Origin: Lachnospiraceae bacterium
Lineage (GTDB): Bacteria; Bacillota; Clostridia; Lachnospirales; Lachnospiraceae
Assembly: GCA_017938405.1 (NCBI GenBank)
Contig: JAGBBP010000014.1
Span: 79,034 to 143,033 of the forward strand
Reading direction: 5' to 3'
DNA: 64,000 bases
Part shown: positions 1 through 10,221 of the stretch, one piece after another
Numbering within the stretch: position 1 is the first letter of the stretch
Layout of the letters: each line of letters starts with the position of its first letter
Translations under genes and position numbers: made by a program
Notes under the pieces: generated by a model
What the model saw: the letters and a program-made list of their open reading frames with translations, nothing else
Told to the model about the DNA's origin: nothing
Database searches by the model: none

Positions 1-1272
1 TCATTGTTGAATCATATTTTCAATGAAAGTCCCATACCCTTTCGTACTGTCCCTGATAAATACATGGGTCACCGCACCTATCAATTTTCCATTCTGAATT
101 ATCGGGCTTCCGCTCATTCCCTGGACGATTCCTCCGGTGATTTCCAGCAGTTCCTCATCGGTTATTTTTAGTACAAGACCTTTGGCATGATTACGGTTGG
201 AATAATCCACCTGTTGTATTTCAATCTCATATTCATTGATTTCTCCGTTAATTTCACAAAGGATGGTTGCTTTTCCCTTTTTTACTTCTTGTTTAAACCC
301 GATTTCCAGTTCTCTTTCGCTGGTTTGGAATTCACAGTTTTCTTTGACATCCCCGAATATTCCCTGCGCAGTATTTGTGCGTACGGTTCCGAGACGCTCC
401 TTCTCCGAGCGATGAATTACTCCGCTAAGCTCTCCCGGATCTCCCGGTTCTCCTTTTATTATTCGGAGAATTTCCGCATCATAAGCATTTCCTCCGGACA
501 CTTCCATCAATACTCCCGTATCCACGTCGGTGATTCCGTGTCCCAGCGCACCGTATTTCCCGTCCGGCGTTATATACGTCAACGTCCCGATTCCTTGTGT
601 ATCATCACGAATCCATGTGCCTATTTTATAAGTCCCGTCTGCCGTCCGCACGGGCGTTACCGCAACTTCGATTATCTCTTTTCCTCGCCGAATCTTACAA
701 TGCAGTTCACTTCCGTCGGATTCCTTTAGCAGCTTTATCAAATCTTCTTTTTCCTTCATAGGACATCCGTTTACTTCTACGATATAATCCCCCGATTTCA
801 AACGATTCGTTGCCGGTTCATAAGTCATTTTATCTTCACCTGTCACGGTTGTAGTACCTAACACCAAAATTCCGTTCGTTTCCACATGTATTCCGATGGC
901 AGAACCGCCCACCACAACTGTCTGCGGTGATACCGCACGAATTTCCATTTTCTTTAGCGGAAATATTCCGAATAATTTCACTTCCATGGTTGCCTTTGTT
1001 TTTTCCGAAGCTTCCATAAGAATTTCATCCGAAAAATCTATTTTAATACTACCTTTTTCTAACGGTTCTTTATTTACTTCCAGAACCCCTACCGTTTCTC
1101 CTTTAATTTTTGCAGACAGCGGAATGCGAAAGGATATTTTTTGCTCTTTCCCCGTTATTATCTTTATTTCTTCCGGAAGACTTCCTCTGTAATAATGGAT
1201 TCCATACCCCAAAAGAAGCACTATGTTTAAAACAAGGGCTGCAACAAGCCAACTGCGATACTTTCTCTTCAT
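1..1272 (-). CDS. spoIVB: SpoIVB peptidase (sporulation signalling serine protease, S55 family)
   Basis: 423-aa ORF, ATG 1270-1272, stop at the window edge (1-3). It has an N-terminal membrane anchor, a PDZ-like middle and the C-terminal block GIVQGMSGSPIIQNGKLIGAVTHVF typical of SpoIVB. It lies directly downstream of recN as in Bacillus/Clostridium. Confidence 0.9.
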   Translation of the reverse strand: MKRKYRSWLVAALVLNIVLLLGYGIHYYRGSLPEEIKIITGKEQKISFRIPLSAKIKGETVGVLEVNKEPLEKGSIKIDFSDEILMEASEKTKATMEVKLFGIFPLKKMEIRAVSPQTVVVGGSAIGIHVETNGILVLGTTTVTGEDKMTYEPATNRLKSGDYIVEVNGCPMKEKEDLIKLLKESDGSELHCKIRRGKEIIEVAVTPVRTADGTYKIGTWIRDDTQGIGTLTYITPDGKYGALGHGITDVDTGVLMEVSGGNAYDAEILRIIKGEPGDPGELSGVIHRSEKERLGTVRTNTAQGIFGDVKENCEFQTSERELEIGFKQEVKKGKATILCEINGEINEYEIEIQQVDYSNRNHAKGLVLKITDEELLEITGGIVQGMSGSPIIQNGKLIGAVTHVFIRDSTKGYGTFIENMIQQ

Positions 1273-1360
1273 ACTTATGCCAACCTTTCTTTTTTAGTTC
1301 ACCCGGTTGACATTTTCCCCTTAGTTCACCCTATCACAACGATTTTCAATCCGGCAATCA

Positions 1361-1396
1361 AACAAAAAGGGAACTCTGCCAAAAAACAGGTTCCCT
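1361..1396 (-). terminator. Rho-independent terminator downstream of recN
   Basis: Minus-strand hairpin AGGGAAC-N15-GTTCCCT (1368-1396) followed by a T-rich tail (complement of 1361-1368). Confidence 0.6.
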
Positions 1397-1454
1397 AATA
1401 GTATGCGTAAGAACAGCTAATTCAAACTTCTTTTTTTTATTAAGTTTTTCCAGT

Positions 1455-3131
1455 TTATTTTTTGGATGCCGCCAATACTTTCATCTCTCTTGCATTTTCA
1501 AGGACCGCTTCCGTAATGGTAGCTCCGCCCAACATTCGTGCCAATTCTTCCACGGAACGTTCTTCAGCCAGGCGTTCAATCTTTGTTACTGTTTTCACGC
1601 CGTCGGTGGTCTTTTCAATTAAAAAATGTGTATCCGCCATTGCGGCAATCTGCGGTAAATGCGTAATACAAAGCAATTGACGATTGACCGAAAGCATTGC
1701 CATCTTCTCGGAAACCATCTGGGCGGTTCGTCCGCTGATGCCGGTATCGATTTCATCAAATATTAAGGTCGGAATCTCATCCCGATCCGCAAATACGGAT
1801 TTTAGAGCCAACATAATACGGGATAATTCTCCACCGGATGCCACTTTTATCAAAGGCTTGATTTCTTCCCCCGGATTAGTGGCGATGAAAAACTCTGCCG
1901 TATCAAACCCGTTTACACTATAGTCTGTGCGTTCCAAACGAATTTCAAACCGTACCTCCAAAAAATTCAATTCGGAAAGCGCACTCTTAATTTGTTTCGA
2001 AAGGTCCTCTGCCACCGTTTCACGCATTTCTGACAATCGCGTACACACTTCATTCAGCTTATATTCTACAGCTGTATACTCCGTTTCCAACCGTTCCAAA
2101 TAAGCATCATAATCCGCATAACGTTCCAACTTTTCTTCACATTCACGACCGTAGGCAAGAACCTCCTCCATCGTCTTTCCGTATTTGGATTTCAAACGAT
2201 TGAGTAAATCCAAACGTTCCGAAACAATACGATATTCTTCCTCACTATCGGATAAAGACTCCAGATAATGTCCCGCCGTACGATTAAAATCCGATAAAAG
2301 CGCTCCGATTTCTTCCGCCCGACTCAAAAGCTCCTCTGCTTCGGCATCATACATACTTACCTTTGACAGGCTGCGGATTGCCGAATTCATCAGGCTGTCT
2401 GCCGTCTCTCCCGCGCCGTCCGCAGTAACGGAAAGTGCTCCCGCCACACCACCGGCCAACGCCTTTGCATGGGACAACCGCTCAAACTCCCGTTCCAACG
2501 TATCGATTTCTCCCGGTTTATAGGCCACCTCCGCAATTTCCCGGGAAGCAAATTCTAAATAAGAACAATCCCGATTTTTATTGGTTGCATCCTCCCTTGC
2601 CTGCAAAAGCTCCCCTTTCAGTTTACGATACTGCTGCCACAGCAGGGCAACTGTTTCTTTTTGCTTTGCTACCTGCTCGCCTCCATAACGGTCCAATAAA
2701 TCCAAATGGCGCTCTTTATTCAGCAACGCATGATGCTCCTGCTGCCCGTGAATTTCAAGTAGTAAAGATGCCACTTCTTTTACCGTCGCAGCCGTCACCG
2801 TTTCTCCGTTAATCCGGCTGACACTCTTTCCCGCCGTCGTCAATTTCCGAGATATGGTCACACTACCGTCGTCCGTAGACAAATCCTGTTTGCGAAGTTC
2901 TTCCTCCACCGCTTCTCCGCAATTTTCAAACACGATTTCCACATAAGCGGATTCTGCTCCGTTCCGAATTACGTCCTTTGAGGTCTTTGCCCCCAATGCC
3001 GTTTGAATCGAACCCAACAATATGGATTTTCCGGCGCCGGTTTCACCGGTTAAAATGTTTAATCCGTCCTCAAACGTAACCTCCAGTTCCTCAATGAGTG
3101 CAAAATTATTCACCCTCAAACTTTGTAACAT
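1455..3131 (-). CDS. recN: DNA repair protein RecN
   Basis: 558 aa. Walker A GETGAGKSIL, long coiled-coil middle, C-terminal ASGGELSRIMLALK signature and LIFDEIDTGISG Walker B. ATG 3129-3131 with AAAGGAG upstream. Confidence 0.95.
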   Translation of the reverse strand: MLQSLRVNNFALIEELEVTFEDGLNILTGETGAGKSILLGSIQTALGAKTSKDVIRNGAESAYVEIVFENCGEAVEEELRKQDLSTDDGSVTISRKLTTAGKSVSRINGETVTAATVKEVASLLLEIHGQQEHHALLNKERHLDLLDRYGGEQVAKQKETVALLWQQYRKLKGELLQAREDATNKNRDCSYLEFASREIAEVAYKPGEIDTLEREFERLSHAKALAGGVAGALSVTADGAGETADSLMNSAIRSLSKVSMYDAEAEELLSRAEEIGALLSDFNRTAGHYLESLSDSEEEYRIVSERLDLLNRLKSKYGKTMEEVLAYGRECEEKLERYADYDAYLERLETEYTAVEYKLNEVCTRLSEMRETVAEDLSKQIKSALSELNFLEVRFEIRLERTDYSVNGFDTAEFFIATNPGEEIKPLIKVASGGELSRIMLALKSVFADRDEIPTLIFDEIDTGISGRTAQMVSEKMAMLSVNRQLLCITHLPQIAAMADTHFLIEKTTDGVKTVTKIERLAEERSVEELARMLGGATITEAVLENAREMKVLAASKK

Positions 3132-3195
3132 AAAAGCTCCTTTCTCTTCCCCTTCTCCTCATTTGTATCGTGCTACATTATTTTGTTACAACAGC

Positions 3196-3219
3196 AAGCC
3201 GGAGACAATTCTCCGGCTT
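3196..3219 (-). terminator. Strong hairpin after the Big_2 gene (probable terminator)
   Basis: Perfect 10-bp stem AAGCCGGAGA/TCTCCGGCTT with a 4-nt loop, 26 nt past the stop at 3245. The U tail on the minus strand is weak, so efficiency is uncertain. Confidence 0.5.
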
Positions 3220-3244
3220 ACATCACATACCTATTGTTTAATTT

Positions 3245-6200
3245 TTATGGCGAAACAACCCGCACCGTACACGTCAACGTTCGACCGTTTACTCTTGCTT
3301 CAATGGTAGCCGTACCGGAACCTCTGGAAGTAAGTCGTCCGTTGGCAACTTCTACCACACGTGAATTGGTGGAATACCAGCGTACCGTAGAAGTTGCGCC
3401 TTCCACATATAGCACAATTCCGGTAGAATAGTAATCCATTACCACCGAGGTACGGTTTAAACCTACAACAATAACTTCCACCACAGCCTTTTTACCGGAA
3501 TCCATCATAACAATGACACTGGCACTTCCCGGAGCAATGGCTGTAATCTCGCCGGATACCGGATTTACCCGGACAATGGATTCATCGGTAGAAGTCCACA
3601 TCATACTATCGGTGGTATTGGCCGGTGTTGCCTTTGCTACAATGGTCTTCTTTTCTCCCGGTGCCATTACGATTTTATCCACCATAGTGGTAACTCCGGT
3701 TGCCGGAATCGGCGCGATAACCGTTACAAAACACATACAATACTTTCCGCTGTTATCTCTGGCCTTTGCTGAAATCCATGCAGTACCCGGAGAAATTGCG
3801 GTGACAATACCGTCATCGTCTACCATAGCAATATTCGTATTATCGGACGACCAGGCCGGCGTATTATAGGTAGCTTCCGCCGGACGGATTTCCGCATCCA
3901 GTTGGAAGGTTTCTCCCTGTATTAAGGTAATGGAAGTATAGTTCATTTTCATGCCGGTAACTTCCGTTACTACGCGGATTTCACAGGTTGCTTCCACATC
4001 ACTTCCATCCAGTGCCAAAGCAGTAATGGTAGCATAACCCAAACCAATACCACGAATCTTACCGTTTTTATCTACCGTAACAATACTTTCATCGCTGGAG
4101 CTCCACTCGATATCCTTGTTGGACGCAGTGGAATTTTTGATTTCTGCCTTTAATTGAAAGGTTTTACCCAAACCCAGCTTATACTGTTCCGGGGAAATGG
4201 TAAGTTCCGTTACCTGCTCAATTACGGTAATAATACAAACCGCATTGTATCCGCCGTCGTCACTCTGACATTGAATCACAACCAAACCGCCTTGTTTTGC
4301 GGTAACTTCACCGTCTTTATCTACCGTAGCAATCTTCGTATCCGAAGAAGACCAGGTTACAGCCGTATTGCTGGCTGTTGCCGGAGTAAATTCCGGATAC
4401 AGTTGAATCTTCTCTCCCACATCTAAGGTAACCTTGCCCGGTGCAATCTTAAGTCCTGTAACAGCTTCCAATACGGTAACAACGCAGTAAGAAGTAGCGC
4501 CGTTATCGGTCTTTACCATAACTACCGTCTTACCTGCCGCCTTTGCCGTAATACGACCGGTGGAGGTTACGGTAACAATACTCGTATCGATACTTTCCCA
4601 AACAAGACCTTCTTTGGTACTGTTTGCCGGAGTTACAATTGCATCCATATAGAAATACTCCCCGGCATTCATGGTCAGGTTGGATACCGCCATCTTTACA
4701 TTGGTCGGTTTCTGTTTTACCACAATGGTACAAAGGTCCATATATGCACCGTCTACTGTTTTAACGATAATTTCTGCCTGGCCGACGCCCTTTGCGGTCA
4801 ACATACCGGTACCGTCTACCGCCACAACGGACTTATTGGTGGAGGTCCATATGACATCCGGCGTACTGGCATCACGCGGAGTCACCAGATAGGTTAAACG
4901 ATAATTTTCACCCACATACATTTCCTTGGAATCAATATCCAAAGAAACGCTGCTAACCGGTTTTAAAACCGTCACGTTACAGAAAGCCTGCACATTCGGA
5001 TTATCTACGGAAGTACAAATAATGGAAGCTGTTCCTGCGGACTTCATGGTAACAAGGCCGTTTTCCGAAACCGTAGCCACAGCAGTATTGGAAGACTTCC
5101 AGGTTACATTCTGATTCGTTGCATTTGTCGGATCAATGGTAGCACGAAGCTGTACGCTGTTTCCGATTCGACTGGTTACGTATTCCTCCGATAACTTCAT
5201 TCCCGTTACCGGCTGAAGTACAGATATATTACAGAAACCTACTACAACATTATCCTGATTAATCGCGGAGATAACCGCATTTCCTCCCGCAACACCCTGA
5301 ACAGTTACAGAAAGCTTTCCTGCTTCCGTAATCTTTACGATTTCTTCATTGGAGGATACCCATTTTAAAGATACTCCGTTTAAGGTACTCGGCTCTACAG
5401 AAGCCTGAATGGTTTCATACTTTCCGATTCCCAAAGTAATTTCTTTCGGATCCAGCGTCACGGATTCCACGGAAGTCTGCACATACACCGTACAGGTAGC
5501 CGTCTTTACAATTCCGTTCACCTTCTGGGTGGCGGTGATTACCGCCGTACCTTCTTTCACACCGGTAACCAGACCGTTTTCCACCTTTGCAATCCGTTCA
5601 TCCGAAGAAGACCATGTAACCGGTTCAATACGATTCGTCAATTCTGGTTCCAACAGAACGGTCCCCTTGGTATTAATCGTTACTTCCGTATAATTTAACT
5701 GTATCCCGTCGATTACCGTTATCGTAATCACGATATTCGGAACTCCGGTATCGTACTCTCCGCCGCCACCGGTTTCAAAAACATTGCCTCTGTAAGTAAG
5801 TGTAACCGTGACCGGTGTAAGCGCACTGTTTTTCGCCGTAATAATACCGGTAGTCGGGTCTACTTCGGCCACATTGGAGTTCGAAGCTTTGAAATCAAAC
5901 TGACTTACATCCGCTATATTGGAATTCTCAATGATATTGTAGGTATCTCCCACATTCATAAGCAATTCACGGTCCGTCAAAGCAAAATACACAACCACTT
6001 TTGCTTCGAAGCTCGGAATTGCACCGTTTCCCACATATTCTTCCCCTTTACCGCCCTCGCTCGGCACATAGGCACGAATTACATAGGTACCGGCTTTTAC
6101 CCCGGTAAAATTTACACTTCCGCTGTATTCATTGATGGAATATTTTAAAACATCACTGTTTGCAGTAAGCGGAACTTCCGTCGGTACGCTGTTTCTGTTT

Positions 6201-7027
6201 ACCAGTTGCGAGACCTTCCATACCAGATTGGCTGCAGACTGACCGTTCACGTAAATCATAAAATTATCGCTACGGGTCTGGGTAGAAATCTTGTCCTGAT
6301 ATCCGGTGTATTTCTCGTCGTAGGTAAAAGAACCGATTGGTGCCACAATTACCGTTGCCGTCTGCGTTAACTTTTTGGACTGGCTGGATACGGTCTGGGT
6401 AGAAACCGTAATTTCCGCACGACCGGCTCCTACAGCGGTAACATTACCTTTCTCGTCTACCGTAGCCACCATCTCATTGGAAGACTCCCAACTGACTAAG
6501 GTATTCAAAAACTGTACATCGTCCACATATTTCAAAATAACCGGCTTGGAATCTCCGATTTTATCCAGTTTTAAAATCTTATGTCCCGCATAGTCGATCT
6601 GGGAAAAATTTGTACCTACAATCTGCAAGTCAACCTTTACCAGACAGCTGATTGCATAATTGTACTGACCGTCGGAAACAATCGCCGTAATAGTGGAAAA
6701 ACCAGGTCCCTTACGAACCATATTTACCATTCCTTGCACCCCGGTATCTTCCAAAGCGATAACATTCGGATCGGAGCTGTGGAACTTGACCGTAGCCGTT
6801 ACAGGAAGGCCTTCGGTGGAATCCTTCGGTTCTACCGCCAAATATCCGTTTAATGTACGAAGTTCTATCTCTGCCCCGGACTCATAATCCGTAGCTCCGA
6901 AATCGAACCGATACCCCATGGTAGTTGCTGCATCGGCTTTCTTCGTATTTGAAAAAGTAATCGAAAAAAGGGCGCAAAAAACGAGCGCCGCTGCATATAT
7001 CAAAAATGACTTATTCTTCATTTTCAT
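3245..7027 (-). CDS. Large secreted protein built from at least 13 bacterial Ig-like (Big_2) repeats
   Basis: Signal peptide KNKSFLIYAAALVFCALFSITFSNTKKADA. There are repeated ~80-aa modules with the pattern V.W.SS(D/N)..(I/V)A.V...G.VTA...G.A.I. No LPXTG, choline-binding or SLH anchor is visible. Start set to ATG 7025-7027, 7 nt after AAGGAGG (the ORF track starts at 7033). Confidence 0.85.
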   Translation of the reverse strand: MKMKNKSFLIYAAALVFCALFSITFSNTKKADAATTMGYRFDFGATDYESGAEIELRTLNGYLAVEPKDSTEGLPVTATVKFHSSDPNVIALEDTGVQGMVNMVRKGPGFSTITAIVSDGQYNYAISCLVKVDLQIVGTNFSQIDYAGHKILKLDKIGDSKPVILKYVDDVQFLNTLVSWESSNEMVATVDEKGNVTAVGAGRAEITVSTQTVSSQSKKLTQTATVIVAPIGSFTYDEKYTGYQDKISTQTRSDNFMIYVNGQSAANLVWKVSQLVNRNSVPTEVPLTANSDVLKYSINEYSGSVNFTGVKAGTYVIRAYVPSEGGKGEEYVGNGAIPSFEAKVVVYFALTDRELLMNVGDTYNIIENSNIADVSQFDFKASNSNVAEVDPTTGIITAKNSALTPVTVTLTYRGNVFETGGGGEYDTGVPNIVITITVIDGIQLNYTEVTINTKGTVLLEPELTNRIEPVTWSSSDERIAKVENGLVTGVKEGTAVITATQKVNGIVKTATCTVYVQTSVESVTLDPKEITLGIGKYETIQASVEPSTLNGVSLKWVSSNEEIVKITEAGKLSVTVQGVAGGNAVISAINQDNVVVGFCNISVLQPVTGMKLSEEYVTSRIGNSVQLRATIDPTNATNQNVTWKSSNTAVATVSENGLVTMKSAGTASIICTSVDNPNVQAFCNVTVLKPVSSVSLDIDSKEMYVGENYRLTYLVTPRDASTPDVIWTSTNKSVVAVDGTGMLTAKGVGQAEIIVKTVDGAYMDLCTIVVKQKPTNVKMAVSNLTMNAGEYFYMDAIVTPANSTKEGLVWESIDTSIVTVTSTGRITAKAAGKTVVMVKTDNGATSYCVVTVLEAVTGLKIAPGKVTLDVGEKIQLYPEFTPATASNTAVTWSSSDTKIATVDKDGEVTAKQGGLVVIQCQSDDGGYNAVCIITVIEQVTELTISPEQYKLGLGKTFQLKAEIKNSTASNKDIEWSSSDESIVTVDKNGKIRGIGLGYATITALALDGSDVEATCEIRVVTEVTGMKMNYTSITLIQGETFQLDAEIRPAEATYNTPAWSSDNTNIAMVDDDGIVTAISPGTAWISAKARDNSGKYCMCFVTVIAPIPATGVTTMVDKIVMAPGEKKTIVAKATPANTTDSMMWTSTDESIVRVNPVSGEITAIAPGSASVIVMMDSGKKAVVEVIVVGLNRTSVVMDYYSTGIVLYVEGATSTVRWYSTNSRVVEVANGRLTSRGSGTATIEARVNGRTLTCTVRVVSP

Positions 7028-7247
7028 AAGCATTCCTCCTTGGTTTTCTACTAACCCAATCTATATATCGGTTCCTTTTCTTCCAAAATTAATACCTTTA
7101 TACAAAATATAGCATTGTTTTTTGGCATTCCTGTGTCAAAATTGTGAAACAAAGACGACTTCCCCTTTTCATTTTACGTATTATCTGTTATACTATAGTC
7201 ATAATCGGTTAGCATCTATGCTTTTCCGCAACAGAAAGGAGTATCCC

Positions 7248-7553
7248 ATGAACGAAAATTCGAAACTTTTTGATGAAGATACCAACGACCAGATTACCCT
7301 CACCTTAGAAGACGGCAGCGAGCTGATTTGCGACGTTCTTGCCATTTTCCCGGTAGACGACAAAAACTACATTGCGCTGCTTCCGCAGGGAGATGACCCG
7401 GATGCGGAAATCTTTTTGTATCGCTTTGAGGAAAAGGGCGATGACGATATCGACTTAATCAACATCGAAGACGATGACGAATTTGAAGCGGTTTCCGATG
7501 CTTTTGATGAATTGTTGGATAACGCGGAATTTGAAGAAATGTTCGAGGAATAA
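7248..7553 (+). CDS. DUF1292 family small acidic protein
   Basis: ATG at 7248 preceded by AAAGGAG. The sequence ITLTLEDGSELICDVLAIF...YIALLP...EIFLYRF plus an acidic tail matches the YrzB/DUF1292 pattern. The upstream part of the track ORF (7122-7247) has no RBS. Confidence 0.8.
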   Translation: MNENSKLFDEDTNDQITLTLEDGSELICDVLAIFPVDDKNYIALLPQGDDPDAEIFLYRFEEKGDDDIDLINIEDDDEFEAVSDAFDELLDNAEFEEMFEE

Positions 7554-7557
7554 AAGT

Positions 7558-7589
7558 AAGGCTTCCGATTTTTAATCGGAAGCCTTTTT
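7558..7589. terminator. Bidirectional rho-independent terminator between convergent genes
   Basis: Perfect 13-bp stem AAGGCTTCCGATT/AATCGGAAGCCTT with a 3-nt loop. A T run follows on the plus strand and a T-rich stretch follows on the minus strand. Confidence 0.85.
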
Positions 7590-7620
7590 CACAATTACTT
7601 ACCCCAATACCCAAACTCTA

Positions 7621-8019
7621 TTATAAATTCATATCATTCTTTAACCAGTTGAGTACCTCATCTACTGTAGTAAAGTGCCCTTCGATAACGCCGGTATCCG
7701 ACATCTGCGTATTTTTCTTTGCCTGAATCTTTAACATCACGGAAGCCCCTTCCGCAAAACCGAACGCTTTACATCCTGCATCCACAAACGCCTTCGTCAT
7801 CTTAACAAGCACACTGCTTTCCTTCGGACCGATGGGCTTCATCTGGGTACAATCCGCGATATACGCCCATCCGGTAGCTTTCCAACCTGCCGCATGTTTC
7901 AATACGGTATCCATAAGCCACTGCAAATCATCCACATTTGTCTGTCCCATTCCGGCGGATAAAATAATTCTTCTTCCCGGAATATCCTCTACACGCTGTG
8001 TTAAATGTGTCTCTTTCAT
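7621..8019 (-). CDS. Hypothetical 132-aa soluble protein (possibly STAS/SpoIIAA-like fold)
   Basis: ATG 8017-8019 with a strong AAGGAGAAGG RBS. The track start at 8067 is a TTG without an RBS. I recognised no motif with certainty. Confidence 0.55.
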   Translation of the reverse strand: MKETHLTQRVEDIPGRRIILSAGMGQTNVDDLQWLMDTVLKHAAGWKATGWAYIADCTQMKPIGPKESSVLVKMTKAFVDAGCKAFGFAEGASVMLKIQAKKNTQMSDTGVIEGHFTTVDEVLNWLKNDMNL

Positions 8020-8110
8020 AAAATCCTTCTCCTTTATTTTATTTGCAAAAAGGACGTTTGCCCCCAAACATTTCGAACATATAGTTCTATGGTCCTATTC
8101 TGCAAGACAC

Positions 8111-8139
8111 ATTGTAGCACTGTACCCTTCAATTGTCAA
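8111..8139 (-). promoter_or_regulatory. Consensus sigma-A promoter for the 7621-8019 gene
   Basis: The minus strand reads TTGACA (8139-8134), a 17-nt spacer, then TACAAT (8116-8111). Confidence 0.7.
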
Positions 8140-8174
8140 TTTATCCCGATAATTATTTAAAAATCGTTAACAAT

Positions 8175-10190
8175 TTATTCAATAATTTCTTTCAATAACC
8201 CACTTTGTACACAATACGCTTCATTTAACACCTTTTCTTCCGGGAACCGTTCAAACAAAATCCGTAATTTTCCTTCGGTAGCCTCTGTAATTACTCCATT
8301 CCCATAAATCGTATGTGTTACTCTGGTTCCGGCCGTAAGCCGTGCCCTGTCTAAAAACACTTCTCCTACAAATCTGCTTGGCACCAATTCCTTGGAACGC
8401 AACTCCTTCATACAAGAAAGCACCAGGCGACGCTTTGCTCTTGTCATTGCCACATAAAACATCCTTCGCTCTTCTTCCACATCCTCCGGCGACATAGACT
8501 GCCGATGCGGCGTCAACCCTTCGTTTAACTCCGGCAAAAATACCGTATGATACTCCAGTCCCTTTGCGGAATGATAGGTGGAAAGGGTTACCGCATCCGA
8601 AGTATTCTTTTTCTCCTTTGCTTTTTGACGCTGCAACTCTTCCGTATATTCCGCCATATGGGCAAACCACGCCTCATAAGTAGGATATTCTGCCGCATCT
8701 TCCTGTAATTCCGCCAACAAATCAAACAAATCCTCGGAAGGCATTTTCCGATACCGGGCATACTCCGTCAAAAATCCGTCATAACCTACCGCTCTGCGGA
8801 TATAATTGATTGCCGCAAAGGGATTCAGCCCCTTTATCATTTGCAAATCATACTCCAGCTTTTCCAGACGGTCGATGACATAATCCTTATCCTCATAGTA
8901 GGTTTTCAGCCGTTCAAAATCCACTGTAGCCATATCCAAAGCATCTCTTGCGATATAACGCTTCGGCCGGTTCAGAATCAAAAGCAAATCCCCGCGGCTT
9001 CTGCTCCCCTGTGCGATTTTTATGTATGTTACAATATCCCTGCAAATCCAATGCTCGTATAAATTCGGCACAGAATCTCTGGTTTTAAACGGAATATTAT
9101 ACTCCATTAGTTTTCCCATAATCGCCCGGGTCTGCAAATTGGTCCGGTATAATACCGCAATCTCCCGCCAGGGAAGTCCGGTTTTATGTAATACCGCCAT
9201 CTCCTCCGCCAACTCCGCACACTCTCTTTTCCGTTCCGGATACTGTCGGAATTCGATTGCTTCTCCCTGTTCTTCCTTGGCATACAGTGCTTTCTCAAAC
9301 CGCTTTGAATTATTCCCTACTACCCGCAGCGCTCCCTGCACAATGGGAGCCGTGGAACGGAAATTACAAAGCAGTGTCACCTGCTTTGTTTCCGGATAAT
9401 CCTCCGTAAAATGAAGCATGAGCTCCGGTCTTGCTCCCCGGAAGCGGTAAATGGACTGGTCATCGTCTCCCACGATAAACAAATTATCCTCCGGTGCCGC
9501 CAAAAGCCGGATGGTATCGTACTGTACGCGATTAATATCCTGAAACTCATCAATCAGCACATAGGTATACTTCTGCTGCCACTGCCGTAAAATGTCCGGT
9601 CTGGCGGACAACAGTTCATAACAAAGCAGCTGCATATCATCGAAATCCACTTTATTTTCTCTCCGAAGCCACCGGTCATACTCCGTATAAATCTCCCGGA
9701 ACACTTCATCCGGACAATTGGAAGAATAATAACTTTCCAAAGCAAACCGTTCGTTCTTCACCCGGGAGATTTCCCCGCTGATGGCTTCCACAAGCTCCTT
9801 TTCGTCGGTAATTTCCTGTTCCATACGGGCGCAGGCAATTTCCCGCAGGATTTTATACCGTTCCTCTTCTTTCAAAATATTTGCCGCCTCGTAGTGATAC
9901 GCATACCGCAATATTTTAAAAAACACGGCATGAAAGGTACCGAAATTAACGGTACCCTTTGCCGTGCTCATTTTTGCCTCATATCGTTCTTTCATTTCCT
10001 CGGCTGCTGCCTTGGTAAAAGTAATTACAAGAATATTCCCAGGATGCACCCCGCATTCTTCCGTCAAATAATGCACCCGTTCCGTAATCACGGTTGTCTT
10101 TCCGCTGCCCGGTCCCGCAAGCACCAGCATCGGTCCCTGGGTATGGGTAATCGCTTCTTTTTGTTCCTCCGTAAACCGTGTAAAATCCAT
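8175..10190 (-). CDS. UvrD/PcrA/Rep-family ATP-dependent DNA helicase
   Basis: 671 aa. Walker A AGPGSGKTTV, motif II LIDEFQDIN, further SF1 helicase blocks (VGDDDQSIYRFRGA, TYHSAKGLEY). ATG 10188-10190 after GGGAGGAAAA. Confidence 0.9.
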   Translation of the reverse strand: MDFTRFTEEQKEAITHTQGPMLVLAGPGSGKTTVITERVHYLTEECGVHPGNILVITFTKAAAEEMKERYEAKMSTAKGTVNFGTFHAVFFKILRYAYHYEAANILKEEERYKILREIACARMEQEITDEKELVEAISGEISRVKNERFALESYYSSNCPDEVFREIYTEYDRWLRRENKVDFDDMQLLCYELLSARPDILRQWQQKYTYVLIDEFQDINRVQYDTIRLLAAPEDNLFIVGDDDQSIYRFRGARPELMLHFTEDYPETKQVTLLCNFRSTAPIVQGALRVVGNNSKRFEKALYAKEEQGEAIEFRQYPERKRECAELAEEMAVLHKTGLPWREIAVLYRTNLQTRAIMGKLMEYNIPFKTRDSVPNLYEHWICRDIVTYIKIAQGSRSRGDLLLILNRPKRYIARDALDMATVDFERLKTYYEDKDYVIDRLEKLEYDLQMIKGLNPFAAINYIRRAVGYDGFLTEYARYRKMPSEDLFDLLAELQEDAAEYPTYEAWFAHMAEYTEELQRQKAKEKKNTSDAVTLSTYHSAKGLEYHTVFLPELNEGLTPHRQSMSPEDVEEERRMFYVAMTRAKRRLVLSCMKELRSKELVPSRFVGEVFLDRARLTAGTRVTHTIYGNGVITEATEGKLRILFERFPEEKVLNEAYCVQSGLLKEIIE

Positions 10191-10221
10191 TTTTCCTCCC
10201 GTACTCCCTATCTGCTTCCTC

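Noticed and set aside
1273-1360. Direct repeat TAGTTCACCC x2 (about 1297-1306 and 1322-1331) upstream of spoIVB, considered as tandem sigma-F/sigma-G -10-like elements (GGGTGAACTA on the minus strand).
   Set aside because: The match to the forespore sigma-factor consensus that I remember (GGnnAnAHTR / CATnnTA) is imperfect, and I could not find a convincing -35 partner. It is left as an unexplained 10-nt repeat.
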